From an uncultured Candidatus Poseidoniales archaeon (GTDB lineage Archaea > Thermoplasmatota > Poseidoniia > Poseidoniales > Thalassarchaeaceae), in contig CAXEUS010000233.1 in assembly GCA_963999385.1 (NCBI GenBank), positions 1-35,770 of the forward strand: a stretch of DNA of 35,770 nucleotides, in the 5' to 3' direction. The notes below the pieces were generated by a model that saw only the letters and a program-made list of their open reading frames with translations, had not been told where the DNA came from and made no database searches. Numbering within the stretch: the first letter of the stretch is position 1; every line of letters begins with the position of its first letter. Positions 16,705 through 25,011 of this stretch are shown here, piece after piece. The translations under genes and the position numbers were made by a program.

Positions 16705-19700
16705 CTAGTTTCTGCGCCAACTGCCACCATGCTCGCACCACCACCAGTTCTCGTCAGCGTCGACGTACCACATGCCCTCAGGCACCTCCTCGTAGCGGCC
16801 ACCCGGAGGCAGTTCTTCGTAGGAAGCGACCCAGTCCGGTCCTTCGACCACGGGGGTAGGCTCGGAATCGGAGACCTTGAGGAACTCGGGCTCGGTAAGG
16901 ACTCCTGCAATCCCTGTTGCAGCAGTACCATACTGATCATCCTCTTCATCGTCACTTCGCTGCTTGCGCATGAGCAACAATCCGGTTCCCAAACCGACAG
17001 CGAACAGCGCAATCAACCCGAAAACAGCGCCTGCAATCGCCATTGTGGACAGTCCCTCATCCTCAGCGGAATCAAGGGATCCTTGGACTTCTTCGCTGGC
17101 TGGTTTCAGAGAGGCGATGAACGACTGCTCTGAGCCTATTCGATGCCAGTTGCTGACATGGTCCTGCCACTCGAATACAGCAGTGGTGCTGACTTCGGTG
17201 ACCTGTTCTACCTCCCCCTCAGTGCGGCAGGTCACTTGGAGCGAGTTGCCAACCAGTACGGTCTGAGCAGTGGTCGGTGAGCAGATGAACTTGGGGTGAC
17301 CGCTCGTGACTCTGAATCTGACCGTTGAGGACACCTCACCCATGTTGTTCACGTTGCAGATGAACTCTCGATGTCCTGCAAGAGACATGTCCGGGTCATC
17401 TACGACGCCATCGACACAACTCGGGAGAGAGAACAGGGGGTCGGGTGGTGTGACCACTGTGATGTGACTCATCTCAGTGATACTCAGGTCACCCGCGCTC
17501 AACGTGAAGAAAAAGCTGACATCGCCGACTTCAGTAAGCGTCCGGTTGAACTCGATCGTGCCATTGGACAGCCCTGCCAGACTCTCTTCTTCCAATGACA
17601 TCGAACAGCCGTCGTTACAGGAGATGGCGAGCCGGTAAGTCACTGTGTCACCGAGAACGAACTCTGACCCATTAGCGGGCTCCAGTAACTCTAGCGTGAG
17701 CTCCCTTGGCGGAACAATCACCAGTTCACCGTCAGGCCCGGGAAGCCAATCAGGAGCGGGGTTTCCAGCACTGTCCTCCAGTGACACCTCCAGATGGTAA
17801 CGTCCGGGATTAGCATCAGTCGTGTCCCAGTCGGCGTAACCAATTGTATCCGAGGTACTGTAGACCAGTAGTCGGTCGACATGTTCTCCGGAATCAGTGG
17901 ACACATCTACCGCTGCACTGATGCTCTCCCCTGTCTCAGCGGACCATTCTATGCTGGTACGCCAAATCGTGGGGTTCGTTGGTGACCAATCGAAGGATAC
18001 AGTGACCAGATTCGGAGCGAGACGGTCAACGATGGTGACGGTCGCATCGATACTTGGTCGCGCGCCATCTTCGTCCATATCAGAGAGTTGCGTATCTACT
18101 AGTTTGACCTCGAGGTCCCACGCCCCGAAGTCATAGCGTCCGGTTGACCAGACACCGGTGTAACTCGCTGTGGAGTCATTCCAAACAAGCGGGATAGAGG
18201 TCACTAGACCGCCTTCGCGGCGAGTCAACTCCACGGATGCATCGAGCGCTGCGCGGTCGGTTATCTCCTCGACTGTGAAAGTGATCGGCTCGTCATGACG
18301 CCAGGAGCCGGTCAGCATGCCACCTGAGATAGGTCCGCTGCTGCTGCTCAGAACGAAATCAGACACCACAGGAGGTCCGGGCAGGATGCGGACCTGCAAT
18401 GTGGGAGAAGGACTGGCGGAGTTGCCGAAAGCATCCTGCATGTCGCATGAGAAATCGAGCAGGGTCTCTGAACCAGAACTTGCATACTGGGCCGAATCAT
18501 ACTGAAGATGGTACGCTTGGTTCTGCTCGTCCCAAACCATCTGGTCGGGAGCAGTGGTGCTGTTCTGACCACTCTGTACAAGTTGACACATGATGGTAAG
18601 GTCCTGCTCGCCGATCTGATCGGTTACCCAGAAGGTCAGCATGTCACCGTAGCGGGCATCTGTGGTCTCGGCTCCATCCACTTCCATCTTCACGTCATCT
18701 AAGCGAGGAGGGATGTCGTCAATGGCTGTAACAGCGAGATTGGAGATGGTGATGTGTAAATCGAGAACGGAACTGATGCCAGTGGCCATCACTGGGAAGT
18801 AATCGCGGCATCCCTGCACCAGGTACCACTCAGTGCATTCAGCCTGCACCATTGCATCGATACCTGATACGAATTCACCTCCGCTGCCCACCCGGTGAGT
18901 CAAGTTCCACGGCAGACTGAGGTGGCTGAACACGGGGTTTGGCATCTCAGAGGTCCAATTCAGTACCAGCCAGCCCCATTCCATTCCCGATGCATCACTG
19001 CTACCAGAGGTTGGCCAAGCAACGGACAGCGCCTGTGCGGGGAGGGCGATGTCATGGGCGGTGTCATTGTTGTCTACCGAAGCTAGTTGAGCACGCCCAA
19101 CGCTCAGTGTCACGTTGTTCGCCTGGTTGAGGCCCAATGCCGAGAGAAGAATCCATCCGTTCTGCGGAACGGCAGCGAGAGGGACTGGAATCTCAAGAGC
19201 GCCGTTGTACGGACTACCTACTGATGGAGGAGGACCAGACGTGCTGCGCCATTCGATGCTGTGGAACAACCGCACGCCATTACCCAAGAGATCCCGCCCG
19301 TTGGTATCGCCTACGCGCCAATCATCTGTTGCGGGTGGACTGTTGGTGATGGATAAGGACAGAGGTCGGTCACCTTCGAGTGCTGCCCACCACCATGCAT
19401 CGTAGGAGAGGCCAGTGAGGGATGGTGTCGACTGGTTCGAACTACTGTTCAGATTGAGGCGTAATTGGAAGTAGAGCAAGCGTTCGGTCGATTGTCTAGT
19501 CAAGTTGAGAGACTGCCATGTACTCCAGGTGACGTTGTCCATGGTGGTGCGGAATTCACCGATGACTCCCGTACCACTAGGTGTGACACTGTTGACACTG
19601 ATGTTTGCTCCTTCAATGATAGAACCGACACCCAGAGCTGCGCTGGTCCAAGTTCCGTCGAGTACGCGCTCCGTTCCAGACCAGCCAGCGAATGTGGTCG

Positions 19701-20922
19701 AAATCTGTGATGACCCGGAAGTACCGCTGCTTCCAGCCCTACCGGCAGTGCCACTTCCGTAAGGCAGTCCACCGGTTCCGGCAGAGCCGGCGAACACCGA
19801 GATTCGTCCTGTACCATTGAGGCCATTCGCAGTGGTTGCGATGCTCACGGAACCTCCGCCACCACCGCCACCACCATCGCCGCCATCGTACATCAACAGA
19901 CTGATTGGCCTCTGACGCATGCCATCGGAACCGTCCCCTCCATCACCACCCATTGCGCGGATTGCGCCGGTTTGGCCCCAAATGACATAGTCGGCAATGA
20001 TGACCACCGAGCCGCCCGAGCCACCACCCGCACCAGCAATTCCCCTACCTCCATTGGTAGGATTGGGGGCATCTTCTCCATCATCGCCATCCGCGGAAAT
20101 CGTACCATTGATGTAGATTATATTCGCCTTCAAGGTGATGAGGCCTCCTCCTCGGCCACCCGCTGATTTCACTGTCGTCACTCCAGCAGAGTTCGTCTGG
20201 GTAACGTTGCCTCCTGAGGAACCGGGCTCGGTGCCGTTACCGTAGGACATGTTGGTATTGTTGCTGTTTCCACCTCCAGTGCCTCCCGCACCAAGGTGAG
20301 CGCCCCCATTGGCACCCACGCCAGAATTACCTGCATGGTTACCCGACGCACCCTGCCCGGGGCCGCTCCAGACGGTTCCGTCGGAACGAATCGAGCCATT
20401 GGCTTCGATGATGATCATGTTCGCAGTAATATGCAATTGTGGCCCCGTGGAATTGATCAAACCAGATACGCGCACCGTTCCATACGAATGGTTGCCTGCC
20501 GTGTTTAGAGTTCCTTGGACATTCAGTGTACCTCCCCCGGCTCCAGGGGGTCCACCAGTGCCGCCTCCGGCGTAGGCGAGTTGCAGCCCGTTGGGTGTTA
20601 AGGTGACATTCTGGTTCGTGGAGTTGGATGACATCTGCTGTAAATTGAGTGAGGAGTTATCCCACTCCTGTTCCGGGTGACCACTGAAATCGAATTCAAC
20701 CTCGGTGATTCTGGTTCCATTGGTATAGATGATTGACGTGGTCTCATTGAGGGAAGGGCGCAGAATCCTACTTGCTGGAGGATGCTTAGTGGAACTCGAC
20801 TGCTCTTCCTCACTGTGAATCGCGCCATTCTCTACTGATGCAGGGAACTGGACGATGACGCTGCTCAGCATAAGGAGACTCAGCAACAGCGCGAGCCGAC
20901 TGTGCGTGTACTTCCTGCTCAT
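16705..20922 (-). CDS. Giant (about 1405 aa) type-I anchored surface protein, tandem paralogue of the 1925-aa protein without the esterase domains
   Basis: The ORF track extends this ORF to 21291, but residues 1-123 overlap the 3' end of aconitase and look like non-coding translation. ATG 20922 gives a typical signal sequence, MSRKYTHSRLALLLSLLMLSSVIVQFPASV. ATG 20952 is an alternative start. The TM helix MAIAGAVFGLIALFAVGLGTGLLLM is followed by an 87-aa tail ending LPPGGRYEEVPEGMWYVDADENWWWCEHGGSWRRN. The stop lies 15 nt upstream of the next giant gene. Confidence 0.85.
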   Translation of the reverse strand: MSRKYTHSRLALLLSLLMLSSVIVQFPASVENGAIHSEEEQSSSTKHPPASRILRPSLNETTSIIYTNGTRITEVEFDFSGHPEQEWDNSSLNLQQMSSNSTNQNVTLTPNGLQLAYAGGGTGGPPGAGGGTLNVQGTLNTAGNHSYGTVRVSGLINSTGPQLHITANMIIIEANGSIRSDGTVWSGPGQGASGNHAGNSGVGANGGAHLGAGGTGGGNSNNTNMSYGNGTEPGSSGGNVTQTNSAGVTTVKSAGGRGGGLITLKANIIYINGTISADGDDGEDAPNPTNGGRGIAGAGGGSGGSVVIIADYVIWGQTGAIRAMGGDGGDGSDGMRQRPISLLMYDGGDGGGGGGGGSVSIATTANGLNGTGRISVFAGSAGTGGLPYGSGTAGRAGSSGTSGSSQISTTFAGWSGTERVLDGTWTSAALGVGSIIEGANISVNSVTPSGTGVIGEFRTTMDNVTWSTWQSLNLTRQSTERLLYFQLRLNLNSSSNQSTPSLTGLSYDAWWWAALEGDRPLSLSITNSPPATDDWRVGDTNGRDLLGNGVRLFHSIEWRSTSGPPPSVGSPYNGALEIPVPLAAVPQNGWILLSALGLNQANNVTLSVGRAQLASVDNNDTAHDIALPAQALSVAWPTSGSSDASGMEWGWLVLNWTSEMPNPVFSHLSLPWNLTHRVGSGGEFVSGIDAMVQAECTEWYLVQGCRDYFPVMATGISSVLDLHITISNLAVTAIDDIPPRLDDVKMEVDGAETTDARYGDMLTFWVTDQIGEQDLTIMCQLVQSGQNSTTAPDQMVWDEQNQAYHLQYDSAQYASSGSETLLDFSCDMQDAFGNSASPSPTLQVRILPGPPVVSDFVLSSSSGPISGGMLTGSWRHDEPITFTVEEITDRAALDASVELTRREGGLVTSIPLVWNDSTASYTGVWSTGRYDFGAWDLEVKLVDTQLSDMDEDGARPSIDATVTIVDRLAPNLVTVSFDWSPTNPTIWRTSIEWSAETGESISAAVDVSTDSGEHVDRLLVYSTSDTIGYADWDTTDANPGRYHLEVSLEDSAGNPAPDWLPGPDGELVIVPPRELTLELLEPANGSEFVLGDTVTYRLAISCNDGCSMSLEEESLAGLSNGTIEFNRTLTEVGDVSFFFTLSAGDLSITEMSHITVVTPPDPLFSLPSCVDGVVDDPDMSLAGHREFICNVNNMGEVSSTVRFRVTSGHPKFICSPTTAQTVLVGNSLQVTCRTEGEVEQVTEVSTTAVFEWQDHVSNWHRIGSEQSFIASLKPASEEVQGSLDSAEDEGLSTMAIAGAVFGLIALFAVGLGTGLLLMRKQRSDDEEDDQYGTAATGIAGVLTEPEFLKVSDSEPTPVVEGPDWVASYEELPPGGRYEEVPEGMWYVDADENWWWCEHGGSWRRN
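19675..20580 (-). other. Glycine-rich, beta-helix-like module (unassigned family) of the ~1405-aa protein, residues about 115-416
   Basis: Rungs: ITANMIIIEANGSIRSDG, GGGLITLKANIIYINGTISADGDDG, GGGSGGSVVIIADYVIWGQTGAIRAMGGDGGDG, GGGGGGGGSVSIATTANGL. The shared block YGNGTEPGSSGGNVT (Y codon at 20242-20244) corresponds to YGNGSEPGSSGGNVT in the paralogue (Y codon at 15130-15132). Confidence 0.5.
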
Positions 20923-20974
20923 CGGACATATCTGCCCACTGTCATTCACCATAGTAGTTGGCAATGGAAGATTG

Positions 20975-20991
20975 GGCGCCCATAGGGCGCC
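20975..20991 (-). terminator. Perfect GC hairpin immediately after the aconitase stop codon
   Basis: ggcgccc (20975-20981), ata loop, gggcgcc (20985-20991). This is a 7-bp all-G/C stem with a 3-nt loop, starting 1 nt after the TGA at 20993-20995. No clear U-tract follows on the minus strand. Confidence 0.35.
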
Positions 20992-20992
20992 A

Positions 20993-23662
20993 TCATGCGC
21001 TCGCGAGGTTGCGCAGAACCGTCTGAAGAATCCCACCGTTGCGGTAGTAATCGACCTCCACTGGAGTGTCAAGACGAACCGTGGCTTGGAATTCTTTAGC
21101 CGTGCCATCCGCTCTGTGGGCAGTGACGGTGATCTCGGAAAGCGGTTCGAGGTCGCCTGAGGCGGGGATGTCGAATGTCTCGGTGCCGTCGAGGCCGAGC
21201 GAGTCTGCGTTCTCTCCTTCGGGGAAGGTGAGCGGTAGCACTCCCATGCCGATGAGGTTGGAGCGGTGGATGCGCTCGAACGAAGTAGCAATCACTACTT
21301 TGACGCCCAGTAAGAACGTGCCCTTGGCGGCCCAATCACGTGAACTGCCAGCGCCGTACTCCGACCCTGCGAGCACGACCAGCTGCATACCATCCTGCTG
21401 ATAGCGCATACTCGCATCAAAGATGCTGGTCACCTCTCCAGATGGGAAGTAGGTAGTGAATCCGCCCTCCGTTCCAGGTGCCACTAGATTACGAATGCGC
21501 ACATTTGCGAAGGTGCCGCGCATCATCACCTCGTGGTTGCCCCGGCGAGAGCCGTATGAGTTGAAATCGCGTGGCGTGACTCCATTGTCCATCAGGTATC
21601 TCCCGGCGGGTCCGGTGTGCGGGAATGCACCAGCGGGAGAGATGTGATCGGTGGTCACCGAGTCACCCAGTTTCACCAACACATGAGCTCCAGTTACCGG
21701 CTCAATTGCGGGGGGATCGGGTGTGATGCCCTCGAAGAAGTTCGGCAGTCGGATGTAGGTCGAGTCGATGTCCCAGGGATAGAGTGCCGAAGATTCACCG
21801 GCGATTGAATCCCATCTCGGCTCGCTCATTATGTCCGAATATCGGTCACGGAACATCTTGGGAGTGACCGCCATCTCCATCGTCTGCTCGATTTCTGAAT
21901 CTGATGGCCAGATGTCGGATAGGTAGACCGGGGTTCCGGATTCATCAGTTCCTATTGCGTCGCTTTCGAAGTCGATGTCCAGAGTTCCTGCGAGCGCATA
22001 GGCGACGACCAGCGGTGGGCTGGCTAGATAGTTCGCCTTCACCTTCTGATGGATACGTCCCTCGAAATTCCGATTGCCGGAGAGCACGCTGCCGACGACC
22101 AGATTGCCAGAATCCACTGCTGCCTCGATATCCGCATCGAGTGGACCTGAGTTGCCGATGCAGGTGGTGCACCCATAGCCGACCACGCTGAATCCGAGTG
22201 CATCAAGCTCCTCTGTTAGCCCGGCGGCGTCGTAGTACTCGGTGACGACCCGACTTCCCGGTGCCAAACTCGGTTTGACCCACGGCTTGATTCCCAGCCC
22301 GCGTGCGCGTGCGTTGCGAGCCAACAGACCGGCCGCCAACATCACGCTCGGATTGGAGGTGTTCGTGCACGAGGTAATCGCGGCAATCACCACATCCCCG
22401 TGCTGCAGACGGAAGTCCTTGCCATTCACCGCCACTTTGGCAGCAACATCACCATCTGAGATGCCATGACCTTGGTGTCCCACAGGGGCGGTCAAACTGT
22501 CCCGCCAATGTTGTTTCATCTGTGAAAGATCAACCCGGTCCTGAGGTCGCTTCGGTCCTGCCAGAGAGGGATCGACAGTGGCGAGGTCTAGGCTGATATT
22601 AGAGGTGAATTCTGGGGTGGGGGTGTCGGTTGACAGGAACATTCCTTGCGCACTCATGTAGTTCTTCACATTCTCGACGTGGTCTGCATCCCTGCCGGAG
22701 AGTTGCAGGTAATCCAAGGTCTTCTGGTCGACCGGGAAGAATCCGCACGTGGCACCGTATTCAGGTGACATGTTGGCGATTGTCGCTCGGTCTGGGAGAG
22801 AGAGAGAGCCGAGTCCCTGTCCATGGAACTCGACGAACTTCCCTACGCATCCATGCGCGCGCAGCATCTCGACGATTCTCAGCGTCATATCGGTCGCTGT
22901 TACTCCGGGCCTCAGGGACCCCGTGAGTTCGAATCCGACCACTTCAGGCAGTAGCATGTAAATCGGCTGGCCGAGCATCACGGCTTCGGCCTCAATGCCA
23001 CCTACACCCCAACCCAATACGCCCAGTCCATTGATCATCGTGGTGTGCGAGTCGGTGCCGACCAGTGTGTCGGGAACCCAGACTCCATCTTCCTCGCGGG
23101 CGACTGAGGCTATCCATTCGAGGTTCACTTGGTGGACGATTCCTCTCCCTGGAGGAACGGCACGGAAGTTGTCGAGTGATTTCTGCCCCCACTTTAGGAA
23201 CTTGTAGCGTTCGAGATTGCGCTCGTACTCGATTTCCAGATTACGCTCGCGGGCGTCGGGGAACAGCCCGGACACATCCACCTGCACGCTGTGGTCGATT
23301 ACCAAATCCACCGGTACCTGCGGATTCACCTTCGCTGGGTCCCCACCCAGATCCACCATCGCTTCACGCAGAGCGGCGATGTCCACAACTGCGGGAACAC
23401 CAGTGAAATCCTGCAGCAGAACGCGGCTGGGCATGAACGGAATCTCTTCTGGAGCCATGGTGGGCGACCATGATGCGATTCGCTGCACGTCCTCATCTGT
23501 AACCAGAAATCCATCACGCTTGCGCAAGGCTGCCTCGAGTAGCACTCGGATAGTGAATGGCAGCCTGCTGAGGGTGCAATGACCAGCATCCTCGACCGCT
23601 TGCAGAGAGCAATAGCGACCCTCGCCTCCATCAGCCGTCCGGAAGGAGGCATCAGCGGTCAT
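20993..23662 (-). CDS. acnA: Aconitate hydratase (AcnA/IRP-type, about 889 aa)
   Basis: The protein is aconitase-like over its full length. Blocks include [103 protein letters not shown] and [10 protein letters not shown]. The track start at 23665 is a TTG. ATG 23662 is the likely start. Confidence 0.95.
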   Translation of the reverse strand: MTADASFRTADGGEGRYCSLQAVEDAGHCTLSRLPFTIRVLLEAALRKRDGFLVTDEDVQRIASWSPTMAPEEIPFMPSRVLLQDFTGVPAVVDIAALREAMVDLGGDPAKVNPQVPVDLVIDHSVQVDVSGLFPDARERNLEIEYERNLERYKFLKWGQKSLDNFRAVPPGRGIVHQVNLEWIASVAREEDGVWVPDTLVGTDSHTTMINGLGVLGWGVGGIEAEAVMLGQPIYMLLPEVVGFELTGSLRPGVTATDMTLRIVEMLRAHGCVGKFVEFHGQGLGSLSLPDRATIANMSPEYGATCGFFPVDQKTLDYLQLSGRDADHVENVKNYMSAQGMFLSTDTPTPEFTSNISLDLATVDPSLAGPKRPQDRVDLSQMKQHWRDSLTAPVGHQGHGISDGDVAAKVAVNGKDFRLQHGDVVIAAITSCTNTSNPSVMLAAGLLARNARARGLGIKPWVKPSLAPGSRVVTEYYDAAGLTEELDALGFSVVGYGCTTCIGNSGPLDADIEAAVDSGNLVVGSVLSGNRNFEGRIHQKVKANYLASPPLVVAYALAGTLDIDFESDAIGTDESGTPVYLSDIWPSDSEIEQTMEMAVTPKMFRDRYSDIMSEPRWDSIAGESSALYPWDIDSTYIRLPNFFEGITPDPPAIEPVTGAHVLVKLGDSVTTDHISPAGAFPHTGPAGRYLMDNGVTPRDFNSYGSRRGNHEVMMRGTFANVRIRNLVAPGTEGGFTTYFPSGEVTSIFDASMRYQQDGMQLVVLAGSEYGAGSSRDWAAKGTFLLGVKVVIATSFERIHRSNLIGMGVLPLTFPEGENADSLGLDGTETFDIPASGDLEPLSEITVTAHRADGTAKEFQATVRLDTPVEVDYYRNGGILQTVLRNLASA

Positions 23663-23720
23663 CAAAAATCCTCACTCTGAGGGGCGAGGGTGTCACGCTT
23701 CAATCTGACCATGCGCCAAC

Positions 23721-24845
23721 TCAAGGGATGACGATGTGCATGTAGGCGGTGTTACCATCAATATCGATGCTGTGGATGTAAGGTGGGTGCAGTGGGAGAG
23801 ATTGGTCGTTCGTCTCTACCTGACTGATTATGTCGACCATATCTAGGCCGCCGATGTCATCACCTTCGTAGGTGCCACCAATCACTCGTCCGAATACAGT
23901 ATGGCACGAGACACCTTGGGTGCCACATGACTTCAGCTGATCGTTCTCGTCGTATCCGTCCAGCCAATGAGTGCCCGGCTCACCGTCCTGAGAGTTTGTA
24001 GCCTCCTTGTCGACAATGTAGAACTGGCTGCCAGCGCTGTTGGCGCCTGAATTAGCCATTGCCAGCGCGCCTACGTCGTGACGTCGGTTAGGACTGAACT
24101 CGTCGGGAACGATGTATGATGTCGGGTCGCTCTGATCCCCTTGACCAAACCATTTGGCAGCATAGCCACCTTGGCCGTTGCCGCTCTCGATATCTCCGCC
24201 TTGAATCATGAAACTGTCGATGATGCGGTGGAAGATGACGTCGTCATAGTTGCCCTCATTGGCGTGAATCTTGAACGATTCTACCGTATTGGGCGCGTCA
24301 TCTGCGTAGAGTTCGAATGTCAGGGTGGCGGTGTATGACTCGTCCCACGCTTCGGTGAGGCCAAGGGCGTCCTTGATATCCGGGAGATACTTCAGTGAGG
24401 TGAGCAGCAATAGCACCGAGACGATGATTGCCATCAGACCGTAGATTGTTGGCGCACCATCGTCGAACATCACGGGGAGATTGGTGGCGCGCACCCCCAT
24501 ACCATCCAACTCAGCGAGCAGAGCGCTGTCCGCACGTCGAGCAGCACGATGTTTGGGGTCCTTCTTGAGCGCCTTCTGGTATTCACTGTGTGCAGCGCGC
24601 AGCAATTTGCGCTTCACCGTCTCACCTTCGCGCGCTTGCCCGGCTTTGGCATCACCGACCAGTTTCCAGGTGTTGGCGTGGTCGGCAGTGTCTCCATGCT
24701 CAGTCCACGCATCCCTCATTGTGTCAAGGGCAGCTTCGAATTCGCCACTCTCGATTTGCGCCTCGGCACCAGCCCATGCGTCCTTCAGACCCTGTGAGAG
24801 CATGGGCCGGCCGAGTCGGGTCTCATTCATCAACCCCGCGCTCAT
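23721..24845 (-). CDS. Membrane-anchored cyclophilin-type peptidyl-prolyl isomerase with a helical N-terminal domain
   Basis: The C-terminal half is cyclophilin: FHRIIDSFMIQGGD, GALAMANSGANSAGSQFYIV, HTVFGRVIGG. A single TM helix (TIYGLMAIIVSVLLLLTSL) separates it from a roughly 140-aa TPR-like helical N-domain. The track start (TTG 24923) runs through an A/T-rich, promoter-like stretch (TTTTTTGGACGCGATATACC on the minus strand). I therefore prefer ATG 24845 (MSAGLMNETRLG). ATG 24830 and ATG 24803 are also possible. Confidence 0.8.
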   Translation of the reverse strand: MSAGLMNETRLGRPMLSQGLKDAWAGAEAQIESGEFEAALDTMRDAWTEHGDTADHANTWKLVGDAKAGQAREGETVKRKLLRAAHSEYQKALKKDPKHRAARRADSALLAELDGMGVRATNLPVMFDDGAPTIYGLMAIIVSVLLLLTSLKYLPDIKDALGLTEAWDESYTATLTFELYADDAPNTVESFKIHANEGNYDDVIFHRIIDSFMIQGGDIESGNGQGGYAAKWFGQGDQSDPTSYIVPDEFSPNRRHDVGALAMANSGANSAGSQFYIVDKEATNSQDGEPGTHWLDGYDENDQLKSCGTQGVSCHTVFGRVIGGTYEGDDIGGLDMVDIISQVETNDQSLPLHPPYIHSIDIDGNTAYMHIVIP

Positions 24846-25011
24846 TGAAAATAGAGAGGTGTACGGTATATCGCGTCCAAAAAAGAGGAAATTCATGACT
24901 ACGTGTGCAACACAAAGTCTCAAGTCATGAAGTATACGCGGAACAGCGTGAGGGCGAGGGAACCCAGCGGGTGAATCAGAGCAACCAAGTCGTCAGGGGC
25001 ATTTGGAAAGA

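Noticed and set aside
16321-17133. A 270-aa plus-strand ORF bridges the junction of two giant genes.
   Set aside because: It is antisense to both genes, with no motifs and no SD. It owes its length to the absence of stop codons opposite GC-rich codons.
20923-21291. The N-terminal 123 codons of the track ORF 16705..21291 would make the third giant protein 1528 aa.
   Set aside because: This part overlaps the 3' end of the well-supported aconitase gene on the same strand in another frame. It translates to Ser/Pro/Arg/Thr-rich low-complexity sequence. It also precedes an internal ATG (20922) that yields a textbook signal peptide. I treat it as read-through of an open frame, not as coding sequence.
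23678-23692. The motif TGAGGG(G)CGAGGG occurs upstream of acnA (23678..23692) and in the korA/cyclophilin divergent region (24948..24962). It could be a common TCA-cycle regulator site.
   Set aside because: There are only two copies. They differ by an indel, and their orientations relative to the downstream genes differ. My rough estimate is that a 12-mer match with one indel between about 1 kb of G-rich intergenic sequence is not clearly beyond chance. It needs genome-wide motif statistics.
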